The notes under the pieces: generated by a model | The model's input: only the letters and a program-made list of their open reading frames with translations | Databases searched by the model: none | What the model was told of the DNA's origin: nothing | Translations under genes and position numbers: made by a program | Assembly (NCBI GenBank): GCA_051532035.1 | Contig: JAOPTW010000027.1 | Span: forward strand, 64,001 to 128,000 | Length of the DNA stretch: 64,000 nt | Direction: 5' to 3' | Source: Fibrobacterales bacterium | GTDB taxonomy: Bacteria; Fibrobacterota; Fibrobacteria; Fibrobacterales; JAOPTW01 | Part shown: piece after piece, positions 56,975 to 64,000 of the stretch | How positions within the stretch are numbered: position 1 is the stretch's first letter | Layout: the number at the start of each line of letters is the position of its first letter

Positions 56975-57028
56975 CAAGAGGAAGGCTGAAGCCCTCTCTT
57001 CAAATGCCGTTTAACATTAAAAATAATA

Positions 57029-57064
57029 AGGCGTGTACCCGATATGGATACACGCCTCTTTTTT
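57029..57064 (+). terminator. Rho-independent terminator
   Basis: aggcgtgta...tacacgcct stem followed by a T-run, between convergent genes. Confidence 0.75.
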
Positions 57065-57091
57065 ACTCAATTCCTTGATACGTCAGGAGAA

Positions 57092-58543
57092 TTATCGAGT
57101 ACGCACAACTCTCAATCCAACATCTGCAGCGCTCTCTTCAAAGCTCCACGAGGCAAAAAGATCATCGCCATAGGGTGCTGAAGTATCCAAATAACTCCCA
57201 CCTGCAATCTGTAAGGTCCCATTCAGGTCAAGTACTACTTCTGCGGCATTGCCAATCAAATCATACAAGCGTCCAACACTTGGCTTAAGGTACGACCCTA
57301 CCCCACTGAGCTGGCCCGTACTGTTAACATATTTACGAACAACTTCTTCGGCATCAGAGCTACCCCAAAAATAAGCAACGACCTCATCCTCAGTGTATCC
57401 ATAGATATAGGCCGCTTTCCATTCATCAGATGTAGGGAGTCGATAACCATTTGCACGAATCATACTGAGTGAACCACCCTCAATGTTTCGATACACCGGA
57501 GTCAACCCTTCACTTTCGGAGCGCGCATTACAGTAGAGCATCATCTCTTTGAGTGTAAACGAAGTTTTTGGGAGCCTTTCTGTACCAGGAATCAGTCCGC
57601 CACCCATTAACGCTGCATACTCCTTATGAGTCACCTCGTACGACCCTATATAAAATGCATCATTAATAAGCTGAAGGACCCCTTCTTCAGGCGGCTCATC
57701 TGCAAAGCGAGACATAGCCAAAGAACGCATTGCCACAGGTCCCACACTATATGGATCATGCATACCATTCAAGTAGGCATTCTCTTGTTGATCAAGATAA
57801 AACGCATAGGAGTAGGTCCCATTAAAAAAGAGCTGTTGTAACAGACTATCTCTATTGGCAATCCCCAGTTGATCGAAAATCCCCTCATACTCATCCATAA
57901 TATCACTATTGTCATGGGCATACACAAAGAGTGAATCAAACAGAGTCCGCCCCAAGGCATAGAGGTCACCTTCCAAATCATACTCTGGGTTACTCTCAAG
58001 GTATTGCGTATACAGGTCGAGATACCCCTGAACAGAATCTATATCAACGCTGGTAACGACGCGATCAGTGATACGATTCTTCACTGCCTCATAAGTAATA
58101 ACCCCTTGACCTGGAAAGAGTCTGATAAGATCAACTGTAAGAGTATTCGGTTCACACTCTTTAAGAATTGACCCTTTACCCGTCAATGAAACGCCCCCAT
58201 TGGTGACATTCATCTTTCTCGTATAGGTAGCATATCGAATATCATATTGAGACCGAGCGTTACCATCAATAGTGAGTACCAACTCATTTTTCTGAATTGT
58301 TTCATCATACCGCACATCATAAAAGTTACAAGTCGTACCTTCACTCTGCGACACCATATCTTCATTACAGTGCACTTCACTATTCGTCAACGCCCCGTCA
58401 ACATAATAGGTCACCACCATACTATCAAGCTGCTCACCATTAGGGAGCTCATGACTAATATGGTAGGGTTGCGTGTAATTGTTACTCTCTAATATACAGC
58501 CTACAAAGAGTGCTGGAATGATAATGAATAGAAGTGCTTTCAT
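57092..58543 (-). CDS. Lipoprotein with a C-terminal FGE-sulfatase fold, paralog of 31918-33468
   Basis: FVGC lipobox; YEVTH, GYRLPTSDEW, LYDLIGNAAE, VGLRVVR; ATG 58543 preferred. Confidence 0.85.
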   Translation of the reverse strand: MKALLFIIIPALFVGCILESNNYTQPYHISHELPNGEQLDSMVVTYYVDGALTNSEVHCNEDMVSQSEGTTCNFYDVRYDETIQKNELVLTIDGNARSQYDIRYATYTRKMNVTNGGVSLTGKGSILKECEPNTLTVDLIRLFPGQGVITYEAVKNRITDRVVTSVDIDSVQGYLDLYTQYLESNPEYDLEGDLYALGRTLFDSLFVYAHDNSDIMDEYEGIFDQLGIANRDSLLQQLFFNGTYSYAFYLDQQENAYLNGMHDPYSVGPVAMRSLAMSRFADEPPEEGVLQLINDAFYIGSYEVTHKEYAALMGGGLIPGTERLPKTSFTLKEMMLYCNARSESEGLTPVYRNIEGGSLSMIRANGYRLPTSDEWKAAYIYGYTEDEVVAYFWGSSDAEEVVRKYVNSTGQLSGVGSYLKPSVGRLYDLIGNAAEVVLDLNGTLQIAGGSYLDTSAPYGDDLFASWSFEESAADVGLRVVRTR

Positions 58544-58983
58544 ATTATTTTTCTCGCTTGATACTGACGTTCTAAAGCCAATGGTAAAAACTTGCACACC
58601 TCTCGGCATTCAATTCAAGTGATGTGGAAGCCCCATTCCTGCATTTCCGTTTTAAAAAGTGTTTAAGAAATTGTGATGTGGTGTTTAAGGGATACTAATA
58701 AGGACTATTTTGGGAGTTCTTGATTATTGACGATAATCGGGTGATTTTATTTGTTTTTAGGCTGGAGCTTAAACAGGAGAGATTCGAGGCGTAAATAATT
58801 TCGTGTTTTGAGGAATGTGAAATTCGTTATTTTGTAATATCATTATCTTGAAACCACTCTCTCCCGTTTCACCTTCTTGGTAGATCTGGATATATGCGCT
58901 AATAGCAAATATTATTTGGTAATCTCATGTGCTAGCTCCTTTTATTCTCGTGTAGCTAGTGGTAATTGATAAACTGTACCTTT

Positions 58984-59061
58984 TCAGAAAAATAACCGAT
59001 CGCACCCTAGTAAGAGCCATGCAAACGAGATAGACATTAAAAGCGTTAGTATCTTCTTCAT
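58984..59061 (-). pseudogene. Lipoprotein gene relic (signal peptide only)
   Basis: MKKILTLLMSISFAWLLLGCDRLFF* with an LLGC lipobox; stop directly after a T5 run. Confidence 0.45.
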
Positions 59062-59436
59062 AAATTATTTACCCACAGTAATGTCGACGCTTCCGGATAG
59101 TAACTAAGTCCTTATGCCATATAGCCTAAAATATGACCAGCCAAAGATAGTAAACTCAATGACAAATCTCATTTGTCCATTTCAAAATGTGCTGGTGATC
59201 ACACCAATCTTACTGAAATTATCTAAAAACTTTACTTTCGACCTGAAAACCGAGTCTCACCGAATAGATAAGAGTACCCGCAACAGCGTTATCTCGCGAC
59301 AACACCTCCTTATTGAGTGAACCTTGAGCGTTGAAAGAGATTCTTTCAGGAGACTCTTTAGCTATGAATACCTATCTCAAAGACCTATCTACACATTCGG
59401 TTCATGAGCATGAGTGCTAGCACCTATAACTGAGGG

Positions 59437-59474
59437 TATAAAAAAAGCCATCTCAAAGAGACGGCTTTTTTATA
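59437..59474 (-). terminator. Terminator downstream of tRNA-His
   Basis: tataaaaaaagcc(a)tctc-aaa-gaga(c)ggcttttttata inverted repeat. Confidence 0.85.
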
Positions 59475-59477
59475 AAG

Positions 59478-59551
59478 GGTGATTGAAGGGGTTTGAACCC
59501 TCGACAACCGGAATCACAATCCGGGACTCTACCAACTGAGCTACAACCACC
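59478..59551 (-). tRNA. tRNA-His (GTG)
   Basis: Reverse complement GGTGGTTGTAGCTCAGTTGGTAGAGTCCCGGATTGTGATTCCGGTTGTCGAGGGTTCAAACCCCTTCAATCACC; G-1:C73 pair; CCA not fully encoded. Confidence 0.96.
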
Positions 59552-59619
59552 ACGATGCCACAAATGTAAAATAGTTTTCTGCAAAATACAAGGAAAAAGC
59601 AGAAAGGAAACTATAATAC

Positions 59620-60018
59620 CTACCCTTTAGGGGCTTTCATTTCCGCTTCTCTGAGCTTACGTTTTTGAAGACGAGCAAAGTTTTTACGTTTAAAATCATT
59701 GCGGTGCTCTGAACAAAATTTTGGATAGATAAACTGTTTAGGGAAAATCTTTACCGGAAATAATGTATTACACCCTTCAAGGCAACAAAGAAAAGGCGAC
59801 TCAACAACTTCAGTCAAGTTATGCTTGAACACCATGTTTTTAGATTCTACAGAGTCAAGATTCTTTTTCTGCTTTTGACGCTGTTTAATATCTCTATGAA
59901 GCTCACAATATTTTGCAATTGGGTGACCCCAGAACTCACGGCCACAACCGGGTTCTTGACACACCTTGAGCTTAATTCTTTTTTTCTTTTTGTACTTTGG
60001 TAACTGCACCAGTACCAC
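59620..60018 (-). CDS. Small basic protein with two Cys/His putative zinc-binding motifs
   Basis: CQEPGC...KYCELH and CCLEGC...KFCSEH; start may be GTG 60009. Confidence 0.8.
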   Translation of the reverse strand: MVLVQLPKYKKKKRIKLKVCQEPGCGREFWGHPIAKYCELHRDIKQRQKQKKNLDSVESKNMVFKHNLTEVVESPFLCCLEGCNTLFPVKIFPKQFIYPKFCSEHRNDFKRKNFARLQKRKLREAEMKAPKG

Positions 60019-60054
60019 CTCTAATCAGAAAGTTTTTCAAATATAATGAAATAA

Positions 60055-60080
60055 CGGGGATTTTCAACAAAAAATCCCCG
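60055..60080 (-). terminator. Hairpin downstream of adk
   Basis: cggggatttt-caacaa-aaaatccccg 10-bp perfect stem. Confidence 0.55.
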
Positions 60081-60114
60081 ACACATTTCACTTAATAGTA
60101 TTCGTTACAAGAAC

Positions 60115-60747
60115 TTACGCTTCTAAAGCAGAGATAATTCTTCCAAAAACCTCTTCAATCTCGCCTGTTGCATCAATAGTAAAGAGGTTTCCGTTTTTCT
60201 CAAACCAACTCAGTACTGGCTTAGTTTCTGCATGATACGCAGCAAGACGTTGACGAATTGCTGTTTCATTGTCATCAGCACGCTGTACAAGTTCTGTACT
60301 ACAGCCATTACATTTATTATCAGTAGGAACATTGATCAAATTGTGTTCCATGCCACATGAAGGACATTTTTTACGAGCAAGCATACGCTGTACCACTTGT
60401 TCTTCATCTTCAATATTAAGATAAATACAACCGTCAACTTCGTAGTTCTCAAGTAACCATGCACGTTGTGCCTCATTTCTTGGAAATCCATCAAGAAGAA
60501 ACCCTTTTTTAGGGTCAAGAGAGTCTAATTTATCAGAAAGAATCCCTTTTACGGTATCATCAGATACGAGTTTGCCCGACTGCATTGCCTCTTTTGCAAC
60601 TTTGCCGTGCTCTGTCCCATTCTCAACATTCCAACGAAGAAGATCACCAACACCAATAAACTCAAGATCAAGTTTTTCTACAAGTTTTGCCGCTTGGGTG
60701 CCTTTTCCGCTCCCCTGAATTCCAGCAATAGCTAATTTTTTGCTCAT
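60115..60747 (-). CDS. adk: Adenylate kinase with a Zn-binding LID
   Basis: GIQGSGKGTQA, GKLVSD, FLLDGFPR, CPSC...CNGC, QRADD; ATG 60747 preferred. Confidence 0.93.
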   Translation of the reverse strand: MSKKLAIAGIQGSGKGTQAAKLVEKLDLEFIGVGDLLRWNVENGTEHGKVAKEAMQSGKLVSDDTVKGILSDKLDSLDPKKGFLLDGFPRNEAQRAWLLENYEVDGCIYLNIEDEEQVVQRMLARKKCPSCGMEHNLINVPTDNKCNGCSTELVQRADDNETAIRQRLAAYHAETKPVLSWFEKNGNLFTIDATGEIEEVFGRIISALEA

Positions 60748-61064
60748 TATATCGTTCCTGAAAATTGTTCTGTGAGCCAAATATAACAACTGGAACTCTA
60801 TTCTGCACTCTGTAACGGTCAATTTGCCCTCTCCCCCGTATAAACAGGCATCAAGCCACCATTACCCCCTTATAATCACAAGCATCTCAAGAAGTACCCA
60901 CATTTGTGAACACCTTAGCATCAGATATTATACAAATAGGCCTTATTGCATAAAGAAATTGACGTTACACAGGCACCCTTTATGTACTTTGTACAAATAG
61001 AAACACACCCTCGGGGAGCTACACACATGAGGGCTCATACACCCCCGAATATTATGGAGATATT

Positions 61065-61940
61065 ATGAAAAAACTACTCATTGCACCAGCAATATTAGCA
61101 ACCCTTCTCATGGTTTCGTGCTCATCGGATGCACCAACTGCAAATGATGATGAAAAAGACCCAGAAGTAAGCCTTAACAGCTCTGATCAGAGTGACTCAT
61201 CAGATGACAATCAATCTTCAGACGCAACACCAAGCGAACCAGAAGAATCGTCAAGTGCAGAACCAGAAGAGTCTTCTGATGCTGAATCATCTGAAACGGC
61301 TGACGAATCTTCACAAATGAGTGAAGACTCTTCAGAAGAAGAAAGCTCATCATCTGAAGATATTTTACAAATCAGAGAAGACCTTGCAACTGCATTTGGC
61401 GAAGTTGAATCTACAGTAGATGGCTCTGCTTTTGTTCTTTTTGATGGTGATGTGCCTGAGGATATTATGATCCAGACTTACCAAAGCCCAACACTTATTG
61501 TAGATGACGTGTTCTCATACGAAGCAACAAGGCTCACCGCAAGTGGATGGTTTATTGCTGATTCTAATGCATCGGCCACTCAATTCGATCTTACGGGCAA
61601 GACAGCATTAACCTTCGTATACCAAGCTGAAGCCACATTTGATATCCGTATCATGTGGGGAGCTGAGCCAGACGGATACAATGAATGGGGTCCTTATTGG
61701 TCTGAGACTGATTATGCAGACCGCCCTGGAGGGGCACTTGTTTACGAAGGCGTATCTACAGCATCAAGCCCTGAAGAATTCTCTATCGAGATTGCAGATA
61801 TGATAGATAACGGCTACCTCGATGCAGTAAATAACTTTGAATATACTGGCGACCTAACATTTGACCCATCTAAAGTATGGCAAATTGTGATCCAAAATAC
61901 TAAAGGTCCTATTCATTTAAGTAAAGTTCGTTTCGAATAA
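61065..61940 (+). CDS. Ser/Glu-rich lipoprotein with a putative carbohydrate-binding beta-sandwich
   Basis: MVSC lipobox; EESS repeats; FDLTGKTALTF...FDPSKVWQI...IHLSKVRF jelly-roll-like tail. Confidence 0.7.
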   Translation: MKKLLIAPAILATLLMVSCSSDAPTANDDEKDPEVSLNSSDQSDSSDDNQSSDATPSEPEESSSAEPEESSDAESSETADESSQMSEDSSEEESSSSEDILQIREDLATAFGEVESTVDGSAFVLFDGDVPEDIMIQTYQSPTLIVDDVFSYEATRLTASGWFIADSNASATQFDLTGKTALTFVYQAEATFDIRIMWGAEPDGYNEWGPYWSETDYADRPGGALVYEGVSTASSPEEFSIEIADMIDNGYLDAVNNFEYTGDLTFDPSKVWQIVIQNTKGPIHLSKVRFE

Positions 61941-61988
61941 GTAAAGAACGAAAATAGCTTTATAAGTCAATTCGACCCATATAGACCC

Positions 61989-62016
61989 AAAGTCCCTCTT
62001 CTGAGGGGCTTTTTTT
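61989..62016 (+). terminator. Rho-independent terminator
   Basis: aaagtccctc-ttct-gaggggcttttttt. Confidence 0.8.
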
Positions 62017-62136
62017 GTCTCTGAGCTCTCGTATCACAGAGAGGCCCCAACCTCAACATTTGTAAACGACACTTTTCTTGTCAAGAACCAATAAGAATCT
62101 ATATTTATTCGACACCGACACTTTCAGGAATACACA

Positions 62137-63258
62137 ATGAAACAAGCAATCATCTACTCCCTCTTTTTTTCTGCACTTTCTGCGCTTGTAGGCTGTGGCA
62201 CGGGTACTGTTGAAAGTGGCACTATTCTTGGTTTGGAGTCATCCAATACGGCACAGCAACTCTCATCTTCACAAACACAGCTCAGTTCTTCTCAACCCCC
62301 AACGATAACCCCCTCTTCACAAGAGACCACTCCCACCACGTCAAGTAACCAAGACACATCAATCTCTTCGCATGATCAAGCCTCTGTGTCATCCTCCCTT
62401 GAAACCACACCATCTTCTACCATCAACCAATCATCAGCGGGTGCTTCATCAAGTGTACACACCCCCCTTTCGAGCAGCAGCGTGGATGTTCGCTTTGAAG
62501 GCTCTGATAGAGTTAACAAATTTATCGATGGGTCTATTGAATATGCATACGGAACAAGGGATACTCCAGACTCAACGAAAACAGTCGACGGAGCTGGTCT
62601 GTTAAAAGACAACCACTATTTTGACACTCAGGGTACTCGTATTCGTTGGGAAGAGTATGATCCTACAGGTACCTATTTTTATAGAATTCAGGAGTATACA
62701 AATGATGCTGTCACTAAAATAACACAGTACCTTGGCCCCGATTCTCTTGACTATATTCAAAATAGCGACACCAACGAACAACCAATCGACCTTACGAAAT
62801 ATGAAAATAACAAGAAAAAAACATTACAGTATTACGACTCATTAGGGCAGATTACATCACAGATCCAATTCAATGTACTTGAAGTAAAAAGTACAGAGAT
62901 CAATTACGCAAACGGCGTTAAAAGTGAAAGTATTGCCTATCAAGCTGATGCTATTACCCGAAAAACGTATTCTACTTACGACACTCAGGAAGTTATTACG
63001 CAACAAACTACCTACCAAGCCGATGGCTCCACTCTCAAAACAGTCAGTAATTTTACCCCCAACAGCTCAGTGAAAGGGTATCAAATGACACAACAGTTCA
63101 AATACAATTCTGATGGTACGATTGATGTTGAATTTTACTTTCATGCAGATGGCTGGGAAGAGAAACAGGTGCAATACAAATATGGCACTAATAAGAAAGT
63201 GACAATTTTCCTTAATGCTGCTGGTGATACTCTTGGAAGGGAAGAGGTTGGTCTATAA
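62137..63258 (+). CDS. Ser-rich lipoprotein with beta-hairpin (YDxxG-type) repeats
   Basis: LVGC lipobox; FDTQG, YDPTG, YDSLG, YQADG, YNSDG units. Confidence 0.75.
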   Translation: MKQAIIYSLFFSALSALVGCGTGTVESGTILGLESSNTAQQLSSSQTQLSSSQPPTITPSSQETTPTTSSNQDTSISSHDQASVSSSLETTPSSTINQSSAGASSSVHTPLSSSSVDVRFEGSDRVNKFIDGSIEYAYGTRDTPDSTKTVDGAGLLKDNHYFDTQGTRIRWEEYDPTGTYFYRIQEYTNDAVTKITQYLGPDSLDYIQNSDTNEQPIDLTKYENNKKKTLQYYDSLGQITSQIQFNVLEVKSTEINYANGVKSESIAYQADAITRKTYSTYDTQEVITQQTTYQADGSTLKTVSNFTPNSSVKGYQMTQQFKYNSDGTIDVEFYFHADGWEEKQVQYKYGTNKKVTIFLNAAGDTLGREEVGL

Positions 63259-63283
63259 AGTATATGCCTCAATGAGGCTATGC

Positions 63284-64000
63284 TTATTGAGGGCGTCCAA
63301 AGAAGTTCACATCAATTAGATCTGCTCTACTAGAACCGTTTACCGCGGTAATACAGACACGATACTTTGTGTAATACCCTGGTTGTGAAAGCACAAAAGA
63401 GGTATAAGCAGAAGCCTTAGGGTCAGACGAAAACCATTCATCCCCAATAGTAATATCGCTTTGACTATCTAACACATCCCATTTCACATCAGTCATTAAA
63501 TCATCGACTACCGCCAGTTCCTCATTACTCCCCTGAAGTTCCCAATTTTTTGGAAGTCTATCTTTTAAGGTATCATACCTACCACGAAATTCATATTTTA
63601 AAACTCTTTGGGGGACAGTAAACACATATTGAATATGAGCGGAACCCGTTACTGGGCGAAATATGTGTGCAGACATCCATTGCGTCCAATTACCCGCACT
63701 ATCAAACAATTGCCAAACAGGATAAGTAATATTAACATTATTTGCCGTTGCCACTGCTGCATCAGGACCAGTTAATATATCCGTTATATTCACTACAGGT
63801 TTCTCCATGAGTTGAATTTCTGTAATATCGACCACTTGAGATCCATTTACCTCTTGGACACAAAGCCTATAGAACAAGTAATCCTTAGGGTCAGCTATCG
63901 TAAAAGCAATGGTATCATAATTTGAAGCTGATTGCCATTCGTGCCCTACTTCAATAGAATCCCGAATATCAAGAGTAGTCCAAGAGCCATGATCTAACAC
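63284..64000 (-). CDS. Tandem discoidin (F5/8 type C)-like domain protein, 5'-truncated by the window
   Basis: PKNWELQGSN...WDVLDSQ...YTKYRVCI; a second copy ends WTTLD...YLFYRLCV...EIQL. Confidence 0.75.
   Translation of the reverse strand: MLDHGSWTTLDIRDSIEVGHEWQSASNYDTIAFTIADPKDYLFYRLCVQEVNGSQVVDITEIQLMEKPVVNITDILTGPDAAVATANNVNITYPVWQLFDSAGNWTQWMSAHIFRPVTGSAHIQYVFTVPQRVLKYEFRGRYDTLKDRLPKNWELQGSNEELAVVDDLMTDVKWDVLDSQSDITIGDEWFSSDPKASAYTSFVLSQPGYYTKYRVCITAVNGSSRADLIDVNFFGRPQ

Noticed and set aside
58739..58746. gggtgatt match to the tRNA-His 3' end as an att site
   Set aside because: Only 8 bp, expected by chance; no integrase in the window.
59114..59320. 68-aa ORF near tRNA-His
   Set aside because: No RBS or recognisable motif; lies in an apparently decayed region.
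352..62612. Numerous short antisense or alternate-frame ORFs in the ORF track
   Set aside because: They lie within longer well-supported genes and show no motifs; treated as shadow ORFs.

Overview
A 64 kb bacterial chromosomal window, most likely from a Fibrobacterota-like organism. This is inferred from many lipoproteins with Ser-rich linkers, T9SS-like C-terminal tails and FGE-fold lipoproteins. Housekeeping genes (rapA, galT, panB, recO, secDF, adk, tRNA-His, NUDIX, HIT) are interleaved with large surface or secreted proteins (InlB-B-repeat, GLUG/cadherin-like, two CotH kinases, GH13, a clan GH-A hydrolase). The most unusual part is an accessory block at about 37.4-44.0 kb. It holds a 1245-aa OmpA/peptidoglycan-binding/TTR-like protein with a Gly-rich C-terminus, overlapped by a secreted MORN/YwqK-like gene (candidate toxin-immunity pair), and a HigBA-like TA module. 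Between these lies a 500-bp cluster of gene relics: a maf 5' end, an internally deleted DUF6088/AbiEi-like gene with its operator, and an internally deleted copy of a neighbouring gene's 3' end. Other highlights are a giant adhesin gene split by a 10-bp tandem duplication, one intact and two degenerate histidine kinases (one with His->Tyr), and a five-hairpin array plus a MITE-like element upstream of panB. All calls come from reading the sequence by eye; no searches were run.
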